A DNA stretch of 64,000 nt. It comes from Tissierella sp. MB52-C2 (GTDB lineage Bacteria > Bacillota > Clostridia > Tissierellales > Tissierellaceae). Under the pieces are notes generated by a model. That model searched no databases. It had not been told where the DNA came from and saw only the letters and a program-made list of their open reading frames with translations. Location of the stretch: assembly GCF_030931715.1 (NCBI RefSeq), contig NZ_CP133261.1, forward strand, positions 1,960,643 to 2,024,642, in the 5' to 3' direction. This document shows, one piece after another, positions 19,573 through 29,425 of this stretch. A program made the translations under genes and the position numbers. The stretch's first letter is position 1, and every line of letters starts with the position of its first letter.

Positions 19573-20103
19573 TCAGTTGATATTTAGATAATAGTCCTTA
19601 CTTAAAAATTGTTTTTCACCGCTAAAACTATTATAGGAACTATCTCCATAATATTGAAATCCTAATTTCTCCATTACCTTTTTTGAACCAATATTATCAA
19701 CTGCATGTCTACAAAAGAACTTTTTCTCTCCCAAAATATCTATGGCAAAATCTAATATTACTTTTCCAGCCTCTGTAGTTAAACCTTGTCCCCAATATTT
19801 TTTCATAATATTATATCCAAGTTCATAGCAATTAAGCTGCTCTTTATAGTGTACACCGCCTGAACCAAATAATTCTCCAGTTTCTTTTAACACAAATCCC
19901 CAATTATAAAGACCTTCTTTATGAATATTTTCTACTTCTACTTTTAGCCACTCAACAGTATCATCAATAGATTCATGTGTATCCCACATCATGAATTTTG
20001 ATACTTCTGGGTCAGATGTCCAACTTCTATAAATATTTTCAGCATCATCTATAGTAAGAGGTCGAAGAATTATCCTTTTGCTTTCTAATATAGGTATTTT
20101 CAT
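19573..20103 (-). CDS. GNAT family N-acetyltransferase (RimJ/RimL-like).
   Basis: IILRPLTIDDAENIYRSW...GQGLTTEAGKVILDFA. Confidence 0.75.
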   Translation of the reverse strand: MKIPILESKRIILRPLTIDDAENIYRSWTSDPEVSKFMMWDTHESIDDTVEWLKVEVENIHKEGLYNWGFVLKETGELFGSGGVHYKEQLNCYELGYNIMKKYWGQGLTTEAGKVILDFAIDILGEKKFFCRHAVDNIGSKKVMEKLGFQYYGDSSYNSFSGEKQFLSKDYYLNIN

Positions 20104-20139
20104 AGTCTTTCCTCCTTATATAATCTTTTAATAGATATA

Positions 20140-20937
20140 TTATTTACTAGTTATAAATAGAAGGTGGTTACTAGCTCCCAAAAATTCTGGTTTTTCACAG
20201 TAATAATAGTGATAATTTAGCCACTTATTATAGGTTTCATCATCCATATTATTTATATTATCTGCTAATAACTCACTTAGTCCATCTGTAGCAACCTCAT
20301 TATTAATTGTTAAACCTGAATCTCTTAATATTTGTCTACAATCATCTACTGTATGAAAAACAAATGGAAAATCTCTAACTTTAAAGGTATCGTGATTATA
20401 TGTATATCCAGTTAGAAAACTAGGATTGTAACACATGGTTTCAGTCGTAATCACCATATCATTGGAAATAAAGGCAAAGAACATTTTACCATTATCTTTA
20501 CAAACTCGCTTTACTTCTTCTATACATTTCATTCTGTCCCCAATTTTCTCTAAATGATATAATGGTCCAAAACATAATACTATATCGTAGGTTTTATCTT
20601 CAATCATAGATATATTCATTGCATTTCCTTGAAAAACTTCAAGTGACATTTCCTCGTTAATTTTTTCTTTAATCTGAGAAACATGACTTTCCACTAATTC
20701 AACTGCCGTTACTTGGAATCCATTTTTTGCGAAATATAAGCTATATTCTCCAGTACCAGCACCTAAATCCAATATTTTCGTATCTGGTTTAAGATATTTT
20801 TCAATCTGTCTTATGGTAGTTAAAAATTCAACTCTAGTTGCCTTAGTAGATAATCGTGTACTTTCATCAAAAATATTATAAATTGCTGACACTCTTTCTT
20901 CTTCATTTTTTATCTCAAATATATCTTCCATTCTCAA
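20140..20937 (-). CDS. Class I SAM-dependent methyltransferase.
   Basis: ILDLGAGTGEYSLYFAKNGFQVTAVEL is motif I of the Rossmann methyltransferase fold. Confidence 0.75.
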   Translation of the reverse strand: MRMEDIFEIKNEEERVSAIYNIFDESTRLSTKATRVEFLTTIRQIEKYLKPDTKILDLGAGTGEYSLYFAKNGFQVTAVELVESHVSQIKEKINEEMSLEVFQGNAMNISMIEDKTYDIVLCFGPLYHLEKIGDRMKCIEEVKRVCKDNGKMFFAFISNDMVITTETMCYNPSFLTGYTYNHDTFKVRDFPFVFHTVDDCRQILRDSGLTINNEVATDGLSELLADNINNMDDETYNKWLNYHYYYCEKPEFLGASNHLLFITSK

Positions 20938-21042
20938 GCTTAATCACTCCCTTTTTAATAGATTTAATTACAAAGATAAATATCATAATAATAAGTTTAT
21001 TTCCATTTATTATAAAACAGTAAGATTTCATTCTTACTGTTT

Positions 21043-22215
21043 TTAAATTAGTTTTAGTCCTTCTTCTAAATCTTCAATTATATCTTTGCTATCTTCTAAT
21101 CCAACAGATATTCTCACCATACTTTCTGTAAGACCAAATTCGGCTAATCTTTCCTTTGGATACCCTCTATGAGTAATTGCAGCCGGTATCTGAACTAAGG
21201 TTTCACAATCTCCTAAACTAACTGCCAACTGAGCCAACTTTAATCCATCTGCAAATTTTATTGCAGATTGTAATCCACCCTTTACTTCAAAGCTTATTAT
21301 AGCTCCAAAGCCTTTCATCTGTTCCTTTGCTATATTATGACCTTTAAAATCCTCTAAACCTGGATATAGGACTGAATCTATCTTTGGATGATTTTTTAGG
21401 AAGTCAACTACTTCCTTTGCATTTTTTTCATGCTGCCTCATTCTAATTCCTAAGGTTTTTAATCCTCTAAGAAGCAACCAAGCATTAAAAGGACTCATGG
21501 CTCCTCCAAATTCACACATATAGCCAAATTTTAAATAATTTATATATTCTATATCCTTAGATATGGCAACTCCTGCCACTACATCACCATGACCACAGAT
21601 ATATTTTGTAGCACTATGAACTACTATATCTGCTCCTAATAATAATGGATTTTGAAAATATGGTGAGGCGAAAGTATTATCAACTACTATTTTTATATTA
21701 TTTTTCTTTCCTATTTCTCTAACCTTTCTTATATCTATAATAGATAAATCAGGATTTGATGGAGTTTCAAAATATATAACTTTAGTAGATTCATCTATTG
21801 TGTTTTCAAGCTCATTCAAATCTGTTAAATCTACAATTTTATAATTTATATTATATTTTGGTAATAGTTCAGTGACTACACTATAAGATGAACCATATAG
21901 GGTTTTGTGAACTATAATGGTATCTTTGGGTTTTAATAAAGAAAATATAGTAGAGCTAATAGCTGCCATTCCTGAAGAAAAAGCTACTGCTCCTACTCCA
22001 TGTTCTAATTCTGCCATTCGATTTTCAAATAATCTAATGGTAGGGTTGTTTCCTCTTGTATAAACATAATCATCTGATTCAAAAGACATTATTTTATTTG
22101 CGTGTTCTATATTATCAAATACAAATGTGGAAGTTTGAAATATAGGTGGGTTTAAGGCATTACTTGGATTTTTTCCTTTAATCCCTCCATGAATAGTCCT
22201 TGTATCAAATCTCAT
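21043..22215 (-). CDS. PLP-dependent Cys/Met-metabolism enzyme (methionine gamma-lyase / cystathionine gamma-synthase family).
   Basis: MRFDTRTIHGG...SATKYICGHGDVVAGV (PLP Lys). 390 aa. Confidence 0.8.
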   Translation of the reverse strand: MRFDTRTIHGGIKGKNPSNALNPPIFQTSTFVFDNIEHANKIMSFESDDYVYTRGNNPTIRLFENRMAELEHGVGAVAFSSGMAAISSTIFSLLKPKDTIIVHKTLYGSSYSVVTELLPKYNINYKIVDLTDLNELENTIDESTKVIYFETPSNPDLSIIDIRKVREIGKKNNIKIVVDNTFASPYFQNPLLLGADIVVHSATKYICGHGDVVAGVAISKDIEYINYLKFGYMCEFGGAMSPFNAWLLLRGLKTLGIRMRQHEKNAKEVVDFLKNHPKIDSVLYPGLEDFKGHNIAKEQMKGFGAIISFEVKGGLQSAIKFADGLKLAQLAVSLGDCETLVQIPAAITHRGYPKERLAEFGLTESMVRISVGLEDSKDIIEDLEEGLKLI

Positions 22216-22245
22216 TTTATCCCTCCAAATCTTATTTTAGATTAC

Positions 22246-23013
22246 TTACAGTTCTATAATTGAATTATTACATTTACAATTTTCTTGATTTAAATCACTT
22301 AAAAATACTTTAATAAATCCTTCTGTAATCTTTGCTTTACTTTTTTCTAATGCTCCTTGAATATCGTGTATGGCAATTTCTCCACACATTCCTGTACACC
22401 AATTCGTAATGATTCCCACTACTCCATAACACATACCTAATTCTTTTGCCAGTACTACTTCCGGCACATTAGTCATTCCTACTACATCTCCACCTAGATT
22501 CTTGTACATCTTTATTTCATGCTGTGTTTCAAATCTCGGGCCTTCAGTACATACATATACTGCCTCACCTTTTATATTTAATCCTATATCCCTAGCAGTT
22601 AGATAAAATTTCTCTCTTAATTTTTTACAATAGGGTTCACTCATATCCACATGCTTTACTGGCTCATCTTTTCCTTCAAAAAAAGTCATTGGTCTTAGTT
22701 TTGTAAAATCTATGAAATCTTTTATTAAAACAATATCTCCCAGTTCATAGTTTTCATTACAAGATCCCACTGCAGCTGTTGCATATATATATTTGATTCC
22801 CAATTGTTTTAGAGCCATTATATTTGCTCTATAGTTTATTAAATGAGGTGGTACAGAATGTTCCTTTCCATGCCTTGCCAAAAATACGATTTCTTCTCCA
22901 TTTATATTCAAAATATCTACTTCAACTTCACCGTATTTTGTATTTACTAATCTTTTTTCACTTATACTTCCTACATCATATACTCCCGTTCCTCCAATTA
23001 TAGCCTTTTCCAT
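22246..23013 (-). CDS. mtnP: S-methyl-5'-thioadenosine phosphorylase.
   Basis: MEKAIIGGTGVYD...ARHGKEHSVPPHLINYRANIMALKQLGIK matches the MTAP/PNP-family signature. Confidence 0.85.
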   Translation of the reverse strand: MEKAIIGGTGVYDVGSISEKRLVNTKYGEVEVDILNINGEEIVFLARHGKEHSVPPHLINYRANIMALKQLGIKYIYATAAVGSCNENYELGDIVLIKDFIDFTKLRPMTFFEGKDEPVKHVDMSEPYCKKLREKFYLTARDIGLNIKGEAVYVCTEGPRFETQHEIKMYKNLGGDVVGMTNVPEVVLAKELGMCYGVVGIITNWCTGMCGEIAIHDIQGALEKSKAKITEGFIKVFLSDLNQENCKCNNSIIEL

Positions 23014-23043
23014 ATTCTCACCTCTATAATTTATATTTAATTC

Positions 23044-24072
23044 TTATTTTAATTTCATAATATTCTCTTTATATGGAAGTCTAATAATTCCTTTTTCAGT
23101 TATTATTCCAGTTATATTCTCCCAAGGTGTAACATCAAATGCAGGATTATATACATCTATTCCTTCTGGAGCAATTCTTATTCCATCTATATGAGTTACT
23201 TCAGATATGTCTCTTTCTTCAATTTCGATTTCTTTACCTGTTTCTATATCAAAATCTATAGTCGTTGTAGGTGCTACTATATAAAATGGAACATTATATG
23301 TTTTAGCTATTACTGATAACATAAAAGTTCCTATTTTATTTGCAGTATCTCCATTAGTGGCGATTCTATCTGCTCCAACTAAGATTACATCTATTTTTCC
23401 ATCTCTTATTAAAGTTGCAGCCACATTGTCAGCTATTAATCTTGATGGAATTTCTTCCTGCACCAGTTCCCAAGCTGTTAATCTGCCTCCTTGAAGTCTA
23501 GGTCTTGTCTCATCTGCGTATACAAATATATTCTTTCCAGTATAGTGAGCTTCTCTAATTACTCCAAGAGCTGTTCCATAACCTACTGTTGCTAATGCTC
23601 CTGTATTACAATGAGTTAAAATAGTAGCATTTTCTTTTATTACTTCATTGCCATACTTTGCCATGATCTTATTTGTTTCTATATCTTCAGCAAGTATATT
23701 GTCTGCTTCCTCCTTTATCCTTTTATATAATTCATCTAAAGGTAGGTTCTTGTTGCTTTCTATTAAAACTCTCATTCTCTTAATTGCCCACATTAAATTT
23801 ACTGCTGTAGGTCTGGAATTACCTAGAAAAACTAAAGCTTCTTCCAGCTTTTTAAAGAATTCATCTTCTTTTAAGAACTCCTTCGCCGCCAATACTACTC
23901 CATATGCCGCTGTAGCTCCTATGGCTGGTGCTCCCCTGACTACCATATCTCTAATGGCAAATTCTACTTCTTTATAATCTTTACACTGAAATATTTCATA
24001 AATTCCTGGCAATTTTCTTTGATCTATTAAATATAATATATCATCTTTAAACTCTATGGTTTTTATCTCCAT
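23044..24072 (-). CDS. mtnA: S-methyl-5-thioribose-1-phosphate isomerase.
   Basis: eIF-2B-like isomerase fold with ...GAPAIGATAAYG...GADRIATNGDTANKIGT...YNPAFDVTP. Confidence 0.88.
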   Translation of the reverse strand: MEIKTIEFKDDILYLIDQRKLPGIYEIFQCKDYKEVEFAIRDMVVRGAPAIGATAAYGVVLAAKEFLKEDEFFKKLEEALVFLGNSRPTAVNLMWAIKRMRVLIESNKNLPLDELYKRIKEEADNILAEDIETNKIMAKYGNEVIKENATILTHCNTGALATVGYGTALGVIREAHYTGKNIFVYADETRPRLQGGRLTAWELVQEEIPSRLIADNVAATLIRDGKIDVILVGADRIATNGDTANKIGTFMLSVIAKTYNVPFYIVAPTTTIDFDIETGKEIEIEERDISEVTHIDGIRIAPEGIDVYNPAFDVTPWENITGIITEKGIIRLPYKENIMKLK

Positions 24073-24099
24073 TATTCTTCTCTCCCCTCTAAATCTAGT

Positions 24100-24750
24100 T
24101 TAATCTTTTTTCACCTGTCCATAGGTCTTAAATTTTTCAATCATTAAAGTCATCTCTTCTTCAGATAATATTACTGGCTCTCCTATAGCTTTAGTTCTAT
24201 AATATAATTCTGCTACATATTCAATTTCTTCAGTGATATTAAAAGCATTGGCTAAATCCTTTGAACCTGCTAAAAGTCCATGGTTGGCTAAAAGTACTGC
24301 ATATCTATCCTTCATAGCTTCAAAGGCATTTTCTGCTAACTCTTTAGTTCCATAGGTAGCATAATTTGCACATCTCACATCAAGCCCTGCTAATGCCACC
24401 ATATAATGTACTGGAGGCAATGACCAATTCAAACAAGCCAATGTAGTTGCATACATGGTATGAGTATGAATTATGGCATCTATATCATCTCTATTTTCAT
24501 AGAAAATCCTATGCATATCATATTCACTAGAAGGCTCTCTATGCCCATCTACTATATTTCCCTTTAAATTCATAACTACAATATCTTCCACACCTGTTTT
24601 AAAATAATCTATACCTGAGGGGGAAATAGCCATTAAGCTCTTCTCTCTATTATAAACACTTAAATTTCCACCTGTTCCTTTAGTAAGATTGGATGTAGCT
24701 AGCTTTTTCCCATATTCAACAATTAGCTTTTTTTCTTCTAACATTATCAT
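24100..24750 (-). CDS. Class II aldolase/adducin-family protein. It is either an Ald2 (MTRu-1-P aldolase) or an MtnB (dehydratase) candidate.
   Basis: 216 aa in the fuculose-aldolase-like family, with HTHTMYATTLA.... It sits immediately upstream of mtnA and mtnP. Confidence 0.65.
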   Translation of the reverse strand: MIMLEEKKLIVEYGKKLATSNLTKGTGGNLSVYNREKSLMAISPSGIDYFKTGVEDIVVMNLKGNIVDGHREPSSEYDMHRIFYENRDDIDAIIHTHTMYATTLACLNWSLPPVHYMVALAGLDVRCANYATYGTKELAENAFEAMKDRYAVLLANHGLLAGSKDLANAFNITEEIEYVAELYYRTKAIGEPVILSEEEMTLMIEKFKTYGQVKKD

Positions 24751-24768
24751 TAAATCAACTCCTATTTA

Positions 24769-25278
24769 CTAGTTTAATAACAATTTCTCAAAAGCAACTC
24801 TTTCATTTCCATCTTCTAAATATATTATTCCACAATATCTATATCCGTTTTTTTCTAAAGACCTTTGCATTGAAAGGTTTTCACTATGGGTATCTACTTT
24901 TATGCTATGAATATTCTTATTTAAGCAAATATCTTCCACGTACTTCATCATAAGAGAAGCAAGTCCCAATCCTTTATATTCTGAATCAACAGCCATTCTA
25001 TGTATCACTGCATATTTTCCATTACTTAGCCATTGCCCTTTATAAATCTTTTTATAAGTTGGTTCTTCATCAAAGCTTAGATATACGGTTCCAATAATGA
25101 TACCATCTTTTAGTAACACATAACTATTTTTATTTTTTATATCTTCTCTTATAATATCATCATTAGGATAGTTATTTTGCCACTGATCTATTTTGTTGTT
25201 TCTAAAGTTTTCTTGAGCCTTAAATATTATATTCATTATATCATCTATGTCCTTATAATCTGCCATTCTAAAATCCAT
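24769..25278 (-). CDS. GNAT family N-acetyltransferase.
   Basis: Start placed at the RBS-supported (AGGAGTG) Met MDFRMADYK. The GNAT core is ...RMAVDSEYKGLGLASLMMKYVE. Confidence 0.7.
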   Translation of the reverse strand: MDFRMADYKDIDDIMNIIFKAQENFRNNKIDQWQNNYPNDDIIREDIKNKNSYVLLKDGIIIGTVYLSFDEEPTYKKIYKGQWLSNGKYAVIHRMAVDSEYKGLGLASLMMKYVEDICLNKNIHSIKVDTHSENLSMQRSLEKNGYRYCGIIYLEDGNERVAFEKLLLN

Positions 25279-25491
25279 TCCATCACTCCTATTTAAAATA
25301 TAAGATATTTTCAAAATCAAATCCAATTTAGAAATTTAGTTAAAGCCAAGTATAATCTTAGCTAATGAATTCTATATTTGATTGACTTTTGAGAAAGAAA
25401 ACTAATCAAAATCTATTTATAGCAAATTCTACATATGGATTAGCTTGTCCTAATTATATGTAGTTTTAAATACTTTTATGAAATCAATATA

Positions 25492-26076
25492 CTAATTTAT
25501 AAAAGTATAATTAAAACTATTATTAAGTTTTCTTGTAATAGTATTTCTAATATCTTTATTAATTTCTACTGGATTTCTCTTTGTTCCAAAATACCTTTCC
25601 TCTATGATTATTTCTACTCCATGGTCCTTCATTACTCTTTTCATTGCTTCCATTGTAAAACCCATACTTAATTCATCTGGACCAGCACATACACCTATTA
25701 TAATGGACTTTATGTCTTTAGAATCTAATTGGCTGCTCCAGCTACCTTTATCGAAAGTAAATAATGAAAAAAGTCTATCAAGAAATATCTTCATATATGA
25801 AGTCACATTGTAATTATAAGAAGGAGACCCTAAAATTATGCCTTCTACAGTTTTAACTCTTTCAATTATTTCAGACATTTCATCATTGTAATAACATTTT
25901 TTATTTTTAATACAATATTCACATCCACTACAGATATTTTGTTCTATTTGGCTTAATACAACCTTATCTACTTTTCTTCCTCTGTTATTTAACCCTTCTA
26001 TATAATGATTAATTAATGTATCAGTGTTTTTCCCTATTCTTGGACTCCCTAATATTGCAAGCCATCTTTTTTCCAT
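25492..26076 (-). CDS. Iron-sulfur flavoprotein / NADPH-dependent FMN reductase-like flavodoxin-fold protein.
   Basis: WLAILGSPRIGKNT flavodoxin-like N-terminus. Compact CSGCEYCIKNKKC (C-x2-C-x2-C-x5-C) cluster motif typical of Isf proteins. Start set at the RBS-supported MEKRW. Confidence 0.65.
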   Translation of the reverse strand: MEKRWLAILGSPRIGKNTDTLINHYIEGLNNRGRKVDKVVLSQIEQNICSGCEYCIKNKKCYYNDEMSEIIERVKTVEGIILGSPSYNYNVTSYMKIFLDRLFSLFTFDKGSWSSQLDSKDIKSIIIGVCAGPDELSMGFTMEAMKRVMKDHGVEIIIEERYFGTKRNPVEINKDIRNTITRKLNNSFNYTFIN

Positions 26077-26349
26077 TGGTTTTCCCCCTAAATATATCTT
26101 TTCTATAAACATTATCTTTAAAAAAGTCAAATAAAAACTTCTCAATCTTAAAAGAATTCTGGAAATTTAAGATTGATTTTCTTACTTAATGTTAAAGTAT
26201 AATATTAACATCAAAGACACAAAGCTGTATTTTACAATCCTTAAGCTTTAAAGTTAAAGTTTAACTTTAACTTTTATATTTTCTAATATTATAACAAACT
26301 TTCTATTAAATTGTAACTGCCAACTCACAAACATCAACTATTAATGTTC

Positions 26350-26565
26350 TTAGAAAAAAATACTTATAATCATTATAATCCCTAAAATCAAAACTGGGAT
26401 ACCAACAACAATACCAATAACAGTTAAACTTAGTATAATACCAATAATGGTGAAAAACAAACCTAATAATCCAACTAGTAATCTACCAGTTACTTTTAAT
26501 ACACCCCCTATCAATGCGAATATTAGTACAAATAATATAATAAAAGGCAATAACAAAATTTTCAT
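26350..26565 (-). CDS. Small hydrophobic membrane protein, two TM helices.
   Basis: 71 aa, almost entirely hydrophobic. Confidence 0.4.
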   Translation of the reverse strand: MKILLLPFIILFVLIFALIGGVLKVTGRLLVGLLGLFFTIIGIILSLTVIGIVVGIPVLILGIIMIISIFF

Positions 26566-26746
26566 TAACCTTCCCCCTTAGAATTTACTTCAATTTATCT
26601 CTTTATATTATTCTCTCATACTAATATTCTATAAATCTTAGCCCTATAAGTTCCTTTAATTTTATATTTAAAGGATAAAATATCTACCTATAGATTAATT
26701 CACTAGCATTGAAGGGACTATCATATCAAATGTCAATTATTCTAAT

Positions 26747-27649
26747 TTATGGTGAAGTATGACTCTGATTTTTAAATGAAAGAGTTATGCTCAACTTTTT
26801 ATTCTCCAGCTGTGCATTAACTATTCCATTTATTTTTTCAACAAGTAATTTTACAATATAAAGACCAAGTCCAGTACTGGGACTATTACGAGATAAATCC
26901 GCCCTATAAAATTTATCAAAGATTTTATCTATATCTATTGCATACTCTTCTGAAATATCATTTTGAAAAGTAATATCTATATTTTTATCTTTAGTAATAC
27001 TAATATGAAATTCATTTTTTCCATAGCTTACTACATTAGAAACAAGATTATCTATAATACGCTTTAACATAACTTCATCTGCAATAACAAAAGTTGGTTC
27101 ACTTAACGATGTAATGCTTGGTACTATTCCCTTAGTTTCAAATTGTTCTGTATATATGAGAATACTATTAGTAATGATATTATCTAAATTTAATTGCTCC
27201 AGGTCTGGGGTACTTTCCTTCCCCTCCCAAGCGGATATATCATAAAAAATATTAATAAAACGTCGCAAATCTTCACTTCTAGATAATACTGTATCAACAA
27301 ATTCCTGCTGTTCAGTATCCAGTTTTGTTTTTTGCAATAACTGTAAATAACCTATAATTGAAGTAAGAGGTGTCCGAAGATCATGTGAAATACTTGATAT
27401 TGCTTCTCTAAGTTGCTTCTCACGTTTTAAGATTTCATTATTCTTTTCTTTCTGATAAAAAATAATATCATTTATTTCAGAAGCCAATCCCGTAATATCT
27501 TTATCTATTAAGGAAATATCAATAGGCCTTTCATTTCCAGCTATATGCTTATGTAATTGTCGCTTTATAGAACGCATCTCATTCTTTAAGATAATAAGAA
27601 ATGCCGACAAAACAGCTATTATAATAATCAAAAATAATATAACTATCAT
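26747..27649 (-). CDS. Sensor histidine kinase, intramembrane-sensing type.
   Basis: HisKA H-box SHDLRTPLTSIIGY with an HATPase C-terminus. There is only one N-terminal TM helix and no extracytoplasmic domain. Confidence 0.85.
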   Translation of the reverse strand: MIVILFLIIIIAVLSAFLIILKNEMRSIKRQLHKHIAGNERPIDISLIDKDITGLASEINDIIFYQKEKNNEILKREKQLREAISSISHDLRTPLTSIIGYLQLLQKTKLDTEQQEFVDTVLSRSEDLRRFINIFYDISAWEGKESTPDLEQLNLDNIITNSILIYTEQFETKGIVPSITSLSEPTFVIADEVMLKRIIDNLVSNVVSYGKNEFHISITKDKNIDITFQNDISEEYAIDIDKIFDKFYRADLSRNSPSTGLGLYIVKLLVEKINGIVNAQLENKKLSITLSFKNQSHTSP

Positions 27650-27672
27650 ATCAGCACTCCTTTCTGTTTTAA

Positions 27673-28425
27673 TTATTTCACTTCTGCCTTTGCAAATAAT
27701 AAGTTAGCCAATGAAATAACAATAATCACCGTAATCATAGCAGTTAAAAATACTGTTAAGACTGTGGATGGTAATATGATGTCATCAATAATACTTCCCA
27801 TCTGCGCCAATGTAGTAAATCTAAGTAAATCTCCAATAACAGGAACAGCCTTGCCCAAGGTACTACTTATGGCTGAAATCAAAACTGGGAAAGCAAAACA
27901 AGTACAAATTGTTTTAGGTATATCTTTACATAAAAAGGCTAACAAAACAAAAATACTTGTTGTGCCTACATTCAAAATAATACCCAAAGCTGCCACCCTT
28001 AAAATAAATAGTACAGATGTTATTGTAAAGGGTTCTCCCCAGCCGTATTTGAATGTATAGATGATGGAAACGGTAATAGGATACAAAAGCATTATTATAG
28101 AAGTACCTATAAAGAAAACTAGTGCCTTTGATATAATAATATCTAATCTCTTATATCCTTGGAATAACTGAGACTGTATTGTTTTATTAGAAAAGTCAGA
28201 GCCGATATAAAACCCTGCAAATATTCCACTTACAAAGAGCATGAACATATCTCTAAATCCATTTGTATAGCCCTCCTTACCGCTTCCCCTTAGACCATCA
28301 CTCATTAATATCCTTATTTCTGAAAATGCACTAAAAGCAGAAATCCCAATGACGATTAAAAGCAAAACTTTAAGAATATCTTGCCTTTTCAATTTATAAA
28401 ACTCAAGCTTAATCAAATTAAACAT
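27673..28425 (-). CDS. ABC-2 type transporter permease.
   Basis: Six TM helices, about 250 aa. It overlaps the upstream ATPase gene. Confidence 0.7.
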   Translation of the reverse strand: MFNLIKLEFYKLKRQDILKVLLLIVIGISAFSAFSEIRILMSDGLRGSGKEGYTNGFRDMFMLFVSGIFAGFYIGSDFSNKTIQSQLFQGYKRLDIIISKALVFFIGTSIIMLLYPITVSIIYTFKYGWGEPFTITSVLFILRVAALGIILNVGTTSIFVLLAFLCKDIPKTICTCFAFPVLISAISSTLGKAVPVIGDLLRFTTLAQMGSIIDDIILPSTVLTVFLTAMITVIIVISLANLLFAKAEVK

Positions 28426-29338
28426 GGTTAATACCCCCAATCGTATTTACAAAATAATTTTCCAAACTATCACCGGCAACCATAATATTTTTTATGATTA
28501 GGTTATGTTCTGAAAAGGCGGTAATAACCCTTTGAATATCATCAATAAAATCATATAATGTGATAGAATTATCTGGCATAACTTTATAATTTCTCGTAAA
28601 TAAGTTACGCTCCAAAACTGTAACTGCATGAGAAACATCGTTGACATGGATAGAAATATGCTTTTTACAGCGTTCATCTAATTGTTTTTTTGTAATACTC
28701 TGTAGTATTCGACCTTGATGAATGATAATATAATTTGTCGCCAAACTATATAACTCACTTAATATATGACTTGAAATCAAAATCGTTATTTGCTTTTCAG
28801 CCACAAGTCGAATAAGTAATTCTCTAATCTCCACTATGCTCACTGGATCTAATCCATTTGTAGGTTCATCAAGCATTAAAAATTCTGGTTCTCCTAGTAA
28901 AGCTGTGGCAATTCCTAATCTTTGCTTCATGCCCATAGAAAAATTTTGTATTTTTTTCTTTCCTGTATCAGATAGCCCTACAATCTCAAGGGCTTGGTTA
29001 ACAACTTTCTTATTAGGTATCCCCTGGGTTATTCTCATGGCTTCCATATTTTCAGAAGCTGTCATATAAGGATAAAACGCTGGAGTTTCAATAATACAGC
29101 CCATACGTTTTCTCTCCTCTGCAAGCCCCTTTTTATCGGAAACACCAAATAATTCTATGTCTCCCTTATTTGGAAAAGATAACCCAGATACAATACGCAT
29201 AAAAGTAGTTTTTCCTGCACCATTTTGCCCAACAAAACCGTAAATACCACCTTTTTCTATTCTTATATTTACATTATCAAGGGCAAGGGTATTTTCATAG
29301 GTTTTGGAAAGTTCACATGTTTGCAATATACAATCCAT
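28418..29338 (-). CDS. ABC transporter ATP-binding protein.
   Basis: Walker A GQNGAGKTT, signature SMGMKQRL, Walker B FLMLDEPT. Start set at the RBS-supported MDCIL. Confidence 0.88.
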   Translation of the reverse strand: MDCILQTCELSKTYENTLALDNVNIRIEKGGIYGFVGQNGAGKTTFMRIVSGLSFPNKGDIELFGVSDKKGLAEERKRMGCIIETPAFYPYMTASENMEAMRITQGIPNKKVVNQALEIVGLSDTGKKKIQNFSMGMKQRLGIATALLGEPEFLMLDEPTNGLDPVSIVEIRELLIRLVAEKQITILISSHILSELYSLATNYIIIHQGRILQSITKKQLDERCKKHISIHVNDVSHAVTVLERNLFTRNYKVMPDNSITLYDFIDDIQRVITAFSEHNLIIKNIMVAGDSLENYFVNTIGGINHV

Positions 29339-29425
29339 CAAATGTATCCCCCTTTCTTTTAATAATATAAGTATAAGAAACATTTCTAACGAAAACCTTA
29401 CGAAATATTATCAAAATCATAAGTT

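Noticed and set aside
25327-25491. Possible S-box/SAM riboswitch upstream of the methionine-salvage genes.
   Set aside because: No conserved SAM-riboswitch core motifs are present. The region is uniformly AT-rich.
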